From positions 321,586 to 385,585 of the forward strand of contig QCHF01000002.1 of the NCBI GenBank assembly GCA_003279605.1: DNA of 64,000 bases, in the 5' to 3' direction. A model generated the notes under the pieces. That model saw only the letters and a program-made list of their open reading frames with translations, was not told the DNA's origin and made no database searches. Both the position numbers and the translations under genes were made by a program. Below are positions 45,254-54,456 of this stretch, in pieces. Position 1 is the first letter of the stretch; each line of letters starts with the position of its first letter. This DNA is from SAR86 cluster bacterium AG-390-O18. GTDB taxonomy: Bacteria > Pseudomonadota > Gammaproteobacteria > Magnimaribacterales > AG-339-G14.

Positions 45254-46447
45254 TCACTTCAAAGCTTTGACAGCCTTTTCAAATCTTTTAAAACCTTCTT
45301 CAATCTCTTTTTCTGAAATAATTAACGAAGGGGCAATTCTAATTGTTTTTTCTCCAGCAGCTTGGACTAGTATCAAACCTTTTTTATAACAGGCATCAAT
45401 AAAGTCTTTTGCTTTTATTTTTTTAAAGTCACAACAGATCCATAGGCCCGCTGATCTCACATCTTCAAATAAATTGTACTTTTCAGATAATTTGTTTAAT
45501 TTTTCATGAAAGTTGAATGTTTTTTTCATAACACCTTTTAAAACTTTTTGTGAAGAAACTATTTCTACAACTTTCTTAGCAACTTCGCAGGCAAGGGGAT
45601 TTCCTCCAAAGGTACTACCGTGTGTGCCTGGTTGAAAAGCTTTAGCAATTTTGCCAGTCGTTAAAGTTGCCCCAATGGGTATTCCTCCACCCAGGCCTTT
45701 TGCCAGAGTGGAAATATCTGGCTTAACGCCATAACCCATATAGGTCATTAAAGTCCCTGTTCTACCAATGCCGCTTTGTACTTCATCGAAAATCAAAAGA
45801 CAGTCTTTTTCATTGGCTAATTTTCTGAGACCTTCTAAGAAAGGATTTTCTGCTCTGATTATTCCTGACTCTCCCAGAATAGGTTCCACAAAAATAGCGG
45901 CAGTTTTTTTGGAAACAACTTTTTTGACAGAGTTAAGATCATTAAATTTTGCTCTCTTGAATCCCTGCAGAAGTGGACCAAAACCTGTTTTTTGGAATTT
46001 CGAATCACCGGCGGTTATATTCAACATCGATCTGCCATGAAAAGCATTCGTAAAAACAATGATTTCATGTTTTTCCGGTTTGCCTTGGTCAAAATAATAT
46101 TTTCTGGCTAATTTAATTGCTGCTTCATTTGCTTCATTTCCAGAATTGGAAAAAAATACCTTGTCGGCAAAAGTTTTATCAGCAAGCATTTTGCTTAGCT
46201 CTAATGCTGGTTTGTTGTACAAATAATTACTCACATGCCAAAGCTTTTTTGATTGTTCTTTTAAAACTTTATTGAGTTGTGGATGAGAATGACCAAGACA
46301 AGTAACGGCAATACCTCCACCAAAGTCTATGTAGTCTTTCCCTTGTTCGTCCCACAGAACTGACTTTTTACCTTTGACAGGAATAAATGATGCCGGAGCA
46401 TAATTTGGCATCAGGGAAGTTCTATTTATAGAATTAATCTTTGTCAT
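45254..46447 (-). CDS. argD: Acetylornithine/succinylornithine aminotransferase (class III)
   Basis: DFGGGIAV..LGH, NSGNEANE, FHGRS, FDEVQSG.GRTG, AKGLGGG, HGSTFGGNP. Confidence 0.9.
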   Translation of the reverse strand: MTKINSINRTSLMPNYAPASFIPVKGKKSVLWDEQGKDYIDFGGGIAVTCLGHSHPQLNKVLKEQSKKLWHVSNYLYNKPALELSKMLADKTFADKVFFSNSGNEANEAAIKLARKYYFDQGKPEKHEIIVFTNAFHGRSMLNITAGDSKFQKTGFGPLLQGFKRAKFNDLNSVKKVVSKKTAAIFVEPILGESGIIRAENPFLEGLRKLANEKDCLLIFDEVQSGIGRTGTLMTYMGYGVKPDISTLAKGLGGGIPIGATLTTGKIAKAFQPGTHGSTFGGNPLACEVAKKVVEIVSSQKVLKGVMKKTFNFHEKLNKLSEKYNLFEDVRSAGLWICCDFKKIKAKDFIDACYKKGLILVQAAGEKTIRIAPSLIISEKEIEEGFKRFEKAVKALK

Positions 46448-46514
46448 TTTTTGCTATTGATTATTGAAAATATCATAATCTGAACAGTTTTTTTCATAAA
46501 AAGGTATTTTGTTA

Positions 46515-46997
46515 ATGGTTATAACTGAACAAATTGATAATGGATATAGATTATCTTTGATGCCAAATAGTTCAATTTCTTGGCAGGGCAGTTTGTTATT
46601 TTTAGCACTGATTTCCTTTCCGATAACTATTATTGGTATTACCTTCTTTTTTTATGGTGCTCCGATTATTCTTCCCTTTGCAGGATTGGAAATTTTAATC
46701 GTAGGGACAGCTCTATATGTTGTTTTTAAAAAAAGTTCTAAAAAGGAAGTCATAACACTCACTAAAGAAAAATTAACGATTGAAAAGGGACGCTTCAGAC
46801 CGGATTCAGTTTCGGAATTCATCAGGGAATGGTCATATGTTTTTGTTGAAAAACCCTCTCACCATTGGTATCCAATTAAAATTGTTATCTCTTCAAAGGG
46901 AGAAAAAATTCCCGTTGGTAACTTTCTAACAGAGGAAGAAAAAAAAGAATTTGTTAGCAGTTTGGAAGAAATAATCAGCGAATATCGAGCAGACTAA
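46515..46997 (+). CDS. DUF2244 family membrane protein
   Basis: PNSSIS, two TM helices with ILPFAGLE, C-terminal VGNFLTEEEK; start ATG 46515 or TTG 46509. Confidence 0.8.
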   Translation: MVITEQIDNGYRLSLMPNSSISWQGSLLFLALISFPITIIGITFFFYGAPIILPFAGLEILIVGTALYVVFKKSSKKEVITLTKEKLTIEKGRFRPDSVSEFIREWSYVFVEKPSHHWYPIKIVISSKGEKIPVGNFLTEEEKKEFVSSLEEIISEYRAD

Positions 46998-46998
46998 A

Positions 46999-48165
46999 TT
47001 ACTTAGCTCTCTGATTGAAACGTCTGCCAATCATTGCTGAAGCAATATTTACTTTTTGAACATCAATTGTTCCACCAGCAATTCCCCAGCCAAAAGAATC
47101 TCTGACGCGTCTTTCCATTTTGTATTCTTTGTTGAATCCATAACCGCCCATAAGCTGCATCGCATTCGTTGTGACCTCTCTTGCGATTTCATTGGCAAAA
47201 CATTTTGCAGTACTTGATTCCAATATATCTGGCAAACCATTGGCGGCATTGAAAACTGCACGGTGGATCAAAAGTCTAGACGCTTCCACTCTAATGAGCA
47301 TGTCTGCAAGTTTGATTTGAACTGCTTGAAAATCAACCAATTGCTTACCAAATTGCTCCCTCTCTTGAACGTATTCTTTGACATAGTCTAAGGCTGCTGC
47401 TGCTTGAGATAGAGCCATTGTCGCATTACCACATCTTTCTAAATCAAAGGTTTCCATTAATTTTTTGAACCCATCTTCAGGCTCAACCAATAAATTATCA
47501 ATTGGAACTTCTACATTATCGAAGTAGATATCTGCTGAAGGTATTCCACGCCAACCCATCAGGCTTTCACTATTTCCAAAAGTCAGCCCGGGTGTATCGA
47601 TATCAACAAAGACGGCACCAATACCTTTTGCAGCAGGAGCATCAGACATTCGGGCATAAACTACATAACCATCAGAATGACCGGCACCTGAACACCAACG
47701 TTTGGTTCCATTTATTACAATTTTGTCTCCTTTGATTTCAGCTTTGGTCTTTAAATCTGTTAAACCAGTTCCAGCATTGGGTTCTGACATACTTACAGCT
47801 ACCACCATCTCGCCCTTACAAACTTTGGGGATCACTCTTTTCTTTAGTGCATCTGAACCAAAATGCTCTATGACTTTTACAGGACCTGCATTTGCTTCAA
47901 ATACTGGCCAACCTACTGCGGAAGATATCTTTCCAAATTCTTCGAGAACTATGATCGCATCAAGATTGGAGAGCCCAAGTCCACCGTACTCTGTTGGTGT
48001 ATTGATTCCTAAAAAGCCCAATTCGCCAATTTTTTTTAGTACATCCTTTGGCACAGGATTTGCTGATTCTTCCATTTCATCAGCCAATGCTGTTAATTCA
48101 TTTTGAGCAAAATCTCTTGCGACTTTTTGCAACTCTAATTGTTCTGAAGTTAATTTAAAATCCAT
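46999..48165 (-). CDS. Acyl-CoA dehydrogenase family flavoprotein
   Basis: MSEPNAG, NGTKRW, REQFGK, FQAVQ.KLADM, GGYG, RDS...IAGGT; start ATG 48165. Confidence 0.9.
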   Translation of the reverse strand: MDFKLTSEQLELQKVARDFAQNELTALADEMEESANPVPKDVLKKIGELGFLGINTPTEYGGLGLSNLDAIIVLEEFGKISSAVGWPVFEANAGPVKVIEHFGSDALKKRVIPKVCKGEMVVAVSMSEPNAGTGLTDLKTKAEIKGDKIVINGTKRWCSGAGHSDGYVVYARMSDAPAAKGIGAVFVDIDTPGLTFGNSESLMGWRGIPSADIYFDNVEVPIDNLLVEPEDGFKKLMETFDLERCGNATMALSQAAAALDYVKEYVQEREQFGKQLVDFQAVQIKLADMLIRVEASRLLIHRAVFNAANGLPDILESSTAKCFANEIAREVTTNAMQLMGGYGFNKEYKMERRVRDSFGWGIAGGTIDVQKVNIASAMIGRRFNQRAK

Positions 48166-48193
48166 AATGAAAGGATAATTATACACATTGAGT

Positions 48194-48199
48194 TAAAAT
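48194..48199 (+). promoter_or_regulatory. Putative -10 element (TAAAAT) 7 nt before thioesterase ATG
   Basis: agtTAAAATcatcatcATG; no SD. Confidence 0.45.
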
Positions 48200-48206
48200 C
48201 ATCATC

Positions 48207-48623
48207 ATGGCGTCAAAAAAATTTTCTTCCCCTAAAGGTTATGAAACTCTTAACCAAACCGAAGACCATATCGCGAATATAGGCCAAGGTTTTTACAAAA
48301 GAAATGAAGCAGGAGATTTGATAATGGCTTTTTGGGTAAGACCTAAAAACGGAAATTCTGGCGGAGTTGCTCATGGGGGAATGTTGATGAGTATTGCAGA
48401 TTACTGTTTGTGTTCTGTTGCGATGGAATCAAAAGAAAATTACGCAGCAACCATAAGTTTTAGATCGGAATTTGTAGCTCCTGCAAAGGTTGGCTCCTTG
48501 GTAGAAATATTTACTACCATTACAAAAGAGACAAGAAGTCTTGCTTTTGGGCAAGGCCACATAGAATGCGAAGGAGAAATTGTCTTTAGTTTTTCTGGAA
48601 TAGTAAAAAAGATAAAGAAATAA
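48207..48623 (+). CDS. PaaI family hot-dog thioesterase
   Basis: N..GVAHGGMLMSIAD, ATIS..SEFVAPAK.G. Confidence 0.85.
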   Translation: MASKKFSSPKGYETLNQTEDHIANIGQGFYKRNEAGDLIMAFWVRPKNGNSGGVAHGGMLMSIADYCLCSVAMESKENYAATISFRSEFVAPAKVGSLVEIFTTITKETRSLAFGQGHIECEGEIVFSFSGIVKKIKK

Positions 48624-48624
48624 A

Positions 48625-49869
48625 TTAAATTAATCTCTTTTTTACCTTTATCTTTTTAAGTTCAGCAACATCAGGAAGACCATTTACATATCTTATTGGC
48701 GCTTCTCCTTTTATAAGAGGTCTTAAATATGTTTTTCCTGCTTGAGTAATTTCAAAACCATTTTTAGAAATAAATTTTTTAGGCATAGTTTTTTCAATAT
48801 TAGCCACATTTTTTAGAGGCGCAGTTGCTATTTTCCATCTATAAGGCGAATCATTTGTTCTTTTGATAATTGGCATTACAGCTGTCTTCCCAGCAATAGC
48901 TAGTTTCACCGCATGCTCTCCTACAGCATAAGCCTGATCTAGATCTATTTTTGATGCTATGTGTCTTGCTGAGCGCTGTAAATAATCTGCTACCGCCCAA
49001 TGATTTTTTAATCCAATCTTTGAAATCATTCCAGCTAAAACAGGCGCCACTCCTCCAAGCTGCTTATGACCAAAAGCGTCTGTTAATCCTGAGTCTGCTA
49101 AAAATTTCCCATTTTTTGTTTGGGCACCTTCTGAAGCGATAATGACACAATAGCCTTGTTCTTTAACTGTTTGTTTGACTTGAGTAATAAATTTAGTTTT
49201 CTCAAAAGGCACTTCAGGAAGCAAAATAATGTGTGGTGGATCGCCAGCTTTGGTTGCTGCTAGACAGGATGCTGCTGCAATCCAACCTGCATGTCTCCCC
49301 ATGACTTCCAAAATAAAAACTTTCGTAGATGTTTCAGCCATGCTTTTGACATCAAGCCCAGCCTCTAGAGTTGAAGTAGCAATATATTTTGCGACTGACC
49401 CAAAGCCTGGGGAGCAGTCTGTATAAGGCAAATCGTTATCAACTGTTTTTGGTATCCCAACACATTTCAATGGAAACTTTAGTTTTTTTGCCATTTCAGA
49501 TACCTTAAAAGTAGTATCTTGACTGTCTCCTCCGCCGTTATAGAAAAAATATCCAATATTATGAGCAGCAAAAACTTCAAACAATCTCTCATATTCTTTC
49601 TTTTGCTTTATTGGATCCTGTAATTTAAATCTGCAAGAACCAAATGCTCCGCCAGGAGTTTGTTTCAGTTTTGCAATATTCGATTTAGTTTCTTTTGAAG
49701 TATCAATAAGTTCTTCATTTAAAGCACCAAGGATGCCATTCTCCCCAGCGAGCACCTTGTGAATTTTTTTCGATTTATTTACAGTCTCAATTACACCACA
49801 TGCAGATGCATTTATTACAGCTGTTACTCCGCCTGATTGTGCATAAAAGGCGTTTTTAACTTTTTTCAT
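48625..49869 (-). CDS. 6-phosphofructokinase, predicted PPi-dependent
   Basis: AQSGGVTAVIN, YNGGGDS (Asp104 equivalent), PKTVDNDL (Lys124 equivalent), EVMGRHAGW. Confidence 0.9.
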   Translation of the reverse strand: MKKVKNAFYAQSGGVTAVINASACGVIETVNKSKKIHKVLAGENGILGALNEELIDTSKETKSNIAKLKQTPGGAFGSCRFKLQDPIKQKKEYERLFEVFAAHNIGYFFYNGGGDSQDTTFKVSEMAKKLKFPLKCVGIPKTVDNDLPYTDCSPGFGSVAKYIATSTLEAGLDVKSMAETSTKVFILEVMGRHAGWIAAASCLAATKAGDPPHIILLPEVPFEKTKFITQVKQTVKEQGYCVIIASEGAQTKNGKFLADSGLTDAFGHKQLGGVAPVLAGMISKIGLKNHWAVADYLQRSARHIASKIDLDQAYAVGEHAVKLAIAGKTAVMPIIKRTNDSPYRWKIATAPLKNVANIEKTMPKKFISKNGFEITQAGKTYLRPLIKGEAPIRYVNGLPDVAELKKIKVKKRLI

Positions 49870-49875
49870 TGAGGC

Positions 49876-49881
49876 AATATA
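49876..49881 (-). promoter_or_regulatory. Putative -10 element (TATATT) 6 nt before pfk ATG
   Basis: Minus strand cagtTATATTgcctcaATG; no SD. Confidence 0.45.
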
Positions 49882-49909
49882 ACTGAAAAAAGGTTTTGTG
49901 GGAAAAGGA

Positions 49910-49915
49910 TATAAT
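49910..49915 (+). promoter_or_regulatory. Putative -10 element (TATAAT) 6 nt before mpl ATG
   Basis: ggaTATAATcatcagATG. Confidence 0.5.
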
Positions 49916-49921
49916 CATCAG

Positions 49922-51265
49922 ATGAAAATATATGTCTTAGGTATTTGCGGAACTTTTATGGGCGGACTTGCACAGTTGGCAGCAGAAAAAGGCATTAAAG
50001 TTTCTGGTTGTGATGAGAATGTATATCCTCCCATGGACCAAGTCTTACTCTCAAATGGCATAACGATTGACGAAGGATACAATCCAAAAAATTTACCTAA
50101 AGATGTTGATTTAGTTGTTGTGGGGAATGTCATAGCTCGTGGTAATCCCATGATTGAAGAAATACTTAATAAAGGTATAGACTTCATTTCTGGTCCAGAG
50201 TTTTTATCAAAGTACTTATTATCTAAGAGACATGTGGTAGCTATAAGCGGAACTCATGGTAAAACTACTGTATCTTCAATGGTTACAAAAGTACTTCTAG
50301 ATAATGGAGTAGATTGCGGTTACTTGATTGCTGGGCGAGCGAAGGATTTAGATGCAACCGCATCATTAGGAACTCATGAATTTTTCATCATAGAGGCTGA
50401 CGAGTATGACACTGCTTTTTTTGATAAAAGATCAAAATTTATTCACTATCACCCCAAAACCCTTTTAATCAACAATCTTGAATTTGATCATGCTGATATT
50501 TTTAGCAACCTTGGCGATATTAAAAAGCAATTTCATCATCTATTGAGATTGATGTCTTCCAAATCAACATTAATTTTTCCTGAGCATAACATCAATATTA
50601 AAAATGTCATGAAAATGGGTTTTTACAGTCAAAGCCTTCCTTTCAATACCAAATTTGCCAAAGGCTGGTATGCCAAGAAAGTAACGGCAGATTCATCTAA
50701 ATTTGATATTTATAAAGACAAAAAGAAAAAAGCGTCAATAAGTTGGTCATCTATTGGAGAACATAGTTTGCAAAATGGATTAGCTAGTTATTTAGTTTGC
50801 AAATCGTTAAGTCTGAAATCAAAAGATATTGCAGAGTCACTCTCGAAGTTTAAAGGGGTAACGAGAAGAATGGATCTGGTTGGAGACAAAAGCAGCGTGA
50901 AAGTTTATGATGATTTCGCACATCATCCCACTGCAATAAAATATACTTTGGAAGGTTTGAGAAAAAAAGTTGGAAGCGAGAAGATAATTTGTCTTCTGGA
51001 AATGCGGTCCAATACGATGCTTTCAGGATATCATGACAAAAAAATTCCAAAGGCTGTTGCTTCGGCCGATCAGGTATTTATTTTTTCAAAAGACAAGAAA
51101 CAAATTTCAGCATTGGAAAGTGAAAGTAAAAATATCGAAGCATGTTCCACTACCCAAGAATTTTTGAGAAAGCTTTCTAGCTTAGATTTAGACAATACTC
51201 ACCTGATTTGTTTATCTAATGGCTCTTTCGATGGTATCCACCAAGCCATTTTAGAAAGAATTTAA
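49922..51265 (+). CDS. mpl: Murein peptide ligase
   Basis: ILGICGTFMGG pattern, GTHGKTT, EADEYDTAFFDKRSKF, NNLEFDHADIF, DDFAHHPTAI; start ATG 49922. Confidence 0.95.
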   Translation: MKIYVLGICGTFMGGLAQLAAEKGIKVSGCDENVYPPMDQVLLSNGITIDEGYNPKNLPKDVDLVVVGNVIARGNPMIEEILNKGIDFISGPEFLSKYLLSKRHVVAISGTHGKTTVSSMVTKVLLDNGVDCGYLIAGRAKDLDATASLGTHEFFIIEADEYDTAFFDKRSKFIHYHPKTLLINNLEFDHADIFSNLGDIKKQFHHLLRLMSSKSTLIFPEHNINIKNVMKMGFYSQSLPFNTKFAKGWYAKKVTADSSKFDIYKDKKKKASISWSSIGEHSLQNGLASYLVCKSLSLKSKDIAESLSKFKGVTRRMDLVGDKSSVKVYDDFAHHPTAIKYTLEGLRKKVGSEKIICLLEMRSNTMLSGYHDKKIPKAVASADQVFIFSKDKKQISALESESKNIEACSTTQEFLRKLSSLDLDNTHLICLSNGSFDGIHQAILERI

Positions 51266-52566
51266 TCTAAATTAATCCAACTACCATGAAATCCAAAAGG
51301 CACTCTTTGAGGCAAAGTGACTCTGGCAAGCGGGGCTTCTGAAAAATTCTGAGCATCCAACACAACGAAATCGCTTAAATCAGTTGTTTTGTCGTAAACA
51401 AAACCAACTACATAACCGTCATCTTCTGATTTAGCATTTTTCTTAGGTATAAAAACTGGCTCAGCTGCCTGACAACTTTCACCAAAATCATGAGCGATGG
51501 TTTTACTTTTTTCAAAATCATGTTTGAAGTAGTTATTAAGCCTCCCGTCGTTGAGTAAGTATCCAAAACGATGTTGTTTGCCATCATAATCTGGATGAAC
51601 CCTAGAAAATTCCATAGGCCTATCATCCAACATTTCTTCGGAGCATGTTTTAGCTTTTGGATCTAGAATCCACCTTGTAAGAAAAGGTTTTTGCCCCATG
51701 GGAAGAGGATTTTCAAAATCAAATAGCCTCTCGTATCGACAAAAGTCTAGGACAACTTGACCATTTTCATTTTCATACGAATTAACTATATGAAATAAAA
51801 ACCCTGGATTAACCTCTATCCAGATAATTTCATCGGTTTTTTTGCTTTGTAATCCTACTCTGGAAGTATGTTTGTCATTCCACACTACTGGATAATCTCC
51901 ACCAATGGGATTATTGTCATCGTCTCTTCTACCAAGATTAAAAGTTACTGGCAGGTCAAAAATAAGAACATAATTTTTGGTAATAGCACAATCATGAACC
52001 ATCGGTCTGCTTGGTGTTTCTATAATTTGATCTTTGATGAGTTTTCCCTGGCTATCTATAGTCACATAATGGACTTGTCCTAATCCATTTACATATTCCC
52101 CAAAATCATAACTTACGGCATGCATTTCACCAGTATCTGAATCAATTTTTGGGTGAGCAGTAAATCTTTTATCATCTGCTGCTGGAAAAGGCTCTTCTTC
52201 AAGAAAATTCATCTCAGAGTCCATAATTACGGGTGATACGCCTCCTTCGACTAAAGCATAAATTTTTTCACCGTGTTTAAGCACATGAGTATTGGGACCA
52301 AAGCCAAAAGGCGAGGTTACAAATTTATTCTTATACCAAAGAGCCTTTCCATCTTCTACTCTTATGCCATGAATCATACCGTCACCAAAAAAAGGATGAT
52401 AATTTTCATGGTTTATTGGCTCTTTTGGATTAGGTCCGTTTCTGAGAAATAGACCTGATAGTTCTCTAGGTAACTCACCTGTAATTTTTAATTCAGTTGT
52501 AGAAGTTTCTTCTACAGGAAACCAGTTTCCAGATAAAAATTTATTTTTGCTTTCTCTTTTAGTCAT
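51262..52566 (-). CDS. Carotenoid oxygenase (RPE65/CCO) family dioxygenase
   Basis: LFLRNGPNP, GDGMIH, four Fe-binding His motifs (FTAHPK, MVHDC, LFHIVN, GFHGSW), EPVFIP, EDDGY. Confidence 0.9.
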   Translation of the reverse strand: MTKRESKNKFLSGNWFPVEETSTTELKITGELPRELSGLFLRNGPNPKEPINHENYHPFFGDGMIHGIRVEDGKALWYKNKFVTSPFGFGPNTHVLKHGEKIYALVEGGVSPVIMDSEMNFLEEEPFPAADDKRFTAHPKIDSDTGEMHAVSYDFGEYVNGLGQVHYVTIDSQGKLIKDQIIETPSRPMVHDCAITKNYVLIFDLPVTFNLGRRDDDNNPIGGDYPVVWNDKHTSRVGLQSKKTDEIIWIEVNPGFLFHIVNSYENENGQVVLDFCRYERLFDFENPLPMGQKPFLTRWILDPKAKTCSEEMLDDRPMEFSRVHPDYDGKQHRFGYLLNDGRLNNYFKHDFEKSKTIAHDFGESCQAAEPVFIPKKNAKSEDDGYVVGFVYDKTTDLSDFVVLDAQNFSEAPLARVTLPQRVPFGFHGSWINLD

Positions 52567-53158
52567 GTTTTTTATCCTCTCTTAAATTCATAGGATCTTT
52601 ATATACAGTATAGATTGTTATGACAAGAATGAATCCAATTAAGAAGTAATTAAAATATTCTATAAATGCAATACCTAAAAAGTAGCCAGTTAAAACATAC
52701 AAAGAAGTCCACACTGGAGCGGACAAAATAGTTACTGGAAAAAAAATTCTTTTATTCATTCCCAAAGAACCAGCAGTAAAGGGTACTACACATCTTAAAG
52801 GCCCGATAAATCTTCCTAGAGCAACGCTTAAAATTCCATATTTCCCCATAAATTTTTGAGCCTGTTTAATATAACCATGATAATTATTAGGCACCCAATC
52901 ATATAGTTTGTTTCCAACAAATCTTCCTAGGCCATAACTGACTGAATCCCCAGCAACCATTCCCATGGTTGCATAAAAAGTTATCTCAAAAGGACTTATT
53001 CCAACTGTTGCAGCGAGTGCCCCAACACCAGGAACAATTAACGTAGCAGGCGTAAATAAACCTGCAATAAATAAAGATTCAATAAAAATCAAAGCAAAGA
53101 CAGTCCAATTTACCCAATCAGGATTGGTTTCTAAAAAAGAAAGGATAGAATCGAACAT
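52559..53158 (-). CDS. DedA family membrane protein
   Basis: FIESLFIAGLFTP, GDSVSY.LGR, GRFIGPLR.VVPFTAG. Confidence 0.9.
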   Translation of the reverse strand: MFDSILSFLETNPDWVNWTVFALIFIESLFIAGLFTPATLIVPGVGALAATVGISPFEITFYATMGMVAGDSVSYGLGRFVGNKLYDWVPNNYHGYIKQAQKFMGKYGILSVALGRFIGPLRCVVPFTAGSLGMNKRIFFPVTILSAPVWTSLYVLTGYFLGIAFIEYFNYFLIGFILVITIYTVYKDPMNLREDKKHD

Positions 53159-53172
53159 AGGCAGATAATTAA

Positions 53173-53186
53173 ATTATTGCAATAAT
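53173..53186. promoter_or_regulatory. Perfect 14-bp palindrome; candidate bidirectional extended -10 element or operator
   Basis: ATTATTGCAATAAT reads TGcAATAAT on both strands in the 35-bp dedA/proA gap. Confidence 0.45.
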
Positions 53187-53193
53187 ACAGTAC

Positions 53194-54456
53194 ATGAGTG
53201 CAAAAATACCCCTTTCAGAGTTAGATTTAATCTGTAAACAAGCTCAAGAAGCAAAGATTGAATTAAGAAGATCTTCGAAAGCAAAAAAAAATGACGCGCT
53301 AAAATATGCTTCTGAGTTTTTGTTAAAAAATAAAGCAAAGCTTATAGATGCAAATACCATTGATATGGAATTAGCTAGTCAGAAAGACTTGCAAGATTCA
53401 TTTGTTGATCGACTAGAGTTGAATGAAAAAAGGATAGATTCAATGATTTCTGGATTAGATAAAGTAATAAATTTAGATGATCCGGTAGGTCAAACCAATC
53501 AATCTCATACTTCGCCATCTGGTTTTGAAGTTTCAAAAATGCGTGTTCCTCTTGGCGTGATAGGGATTATTTATGAATCTCGACCAAATGTTACAGCGGA
53601 TGCTTCTGCATTGTGCTTGAAGTCTGGAAATGCATGTATCTTAAGAGGAGGATCTGAAGCTGCTAATTCTAATGCTGTAATTGAGGAGTGCATGCAAGAT
53701 GGTTTGGATAAAGCTTCATTGCCAAAATACTCTATACAGCTTATAAAAAATCAAGATAGGAAGCTTGTTGGAGAAATGATTAAGAGGGAAGGAGATATTG
53801 ATTTGTTAATCCCCAGAGGCGGAAAAAGTTTAATAAGAGTTATTTCTGATGAAGCGAAAATTCCAGTTCTTAAACACTATGAAGGCTTGTGCCATGTTTT
53901 CATTGATAAAGATGCGGACCTAAAAAAAGCCATAGAAATATCCGTAAACGCAAAAACATATCGTTACGGAATCTGCGGAACAATGGAGACTTTGTTAGTT
54001 TCAGAAGAAGTAGCAGCAAAAGTTTTACCAGAGATTAAATCCGAGTTAGACAAGTTGGGCGTAGAAATAAGAGGTTGTGAAAAAACCAAAGAAGTTATCG
54101 ACGTTAAATCTGCTTCAGAAGAAGATTGGATTACGGAGTATCTTGCACCAATTCTTTCTGTCAAAGTCGTTACTGACCTTAAATCAGCAATCTCACATAT
54201 AAATATTTATGGCTCTGGCCATACCGATTCTATTGTTTCTGAGAATTTGTCGTCGGTAGAAACTTTTTTCAATGAAGTAGATTCTTCATCGGTCATGCAT
54301 AATCTACCAACTTGTTTTGCAGATGGATTTGAGTATGGACTTGGCGCTGAAGTAGGAATATCCACAGATAAGTTGCATGCTAGAGGACCTGTTGGATTGG
54401 AAGGCTTAACAAGTCAGAAATTTGTAATCAAAGGCCAAGGACAACTTAGATCTTAA
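53194..54456 (+). CDS. proA: Gamma-glutamyl phosphate reductase
   Basis: VPLGVIGIIYESRPNVT, LRGGS, PRGG, ICGTME (catalytic Cys), GAEVGIST.KLHARGPVGL. Confidence 0.97.
   Translation: MSAKIPLSELDLICKQAQEAKIELRRSSKAKKNDALKYASEFLLKNKAKLIDANTIDMELASQKDLQDSFVDRLELNEKRIDSMISGLDKVINLDDPVGQTNQSHTSPSGFEVSKMRVPLGVIGIIYESRPNVTADASALCLKSGNACILRGGSEAANSNAVIEECMQDGLDKASLPKYSIQLIKNQDRKLVGEMIKREGDIDLLIPRGGKSLIRVISDEAKIPVLKHYEGLCHVFIDKDADLKKAIEISVNAKTYRYGICGTMETLLVSEEVAAKVLPEIKSELDKLGVEIRGCEKTKEVIDVKSASEEDWITEYLAPILSVKVVTDLKSAISHINIYGSGHTDSIVSENLSSVETFFNEVDSSSVMHNLPTCFADGFEYGLGAEVGISTDKLHARGPVGLEGLTSQKFVIKGQGQLRS

Noticed and set aside
46458-46480. GATTAT-N10-ATAATC palindrome upstream of argD (possible ARG or Fur box)
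   Set aside because: Poor match to either consensus; such AT-rich symmetry is expected by chance.
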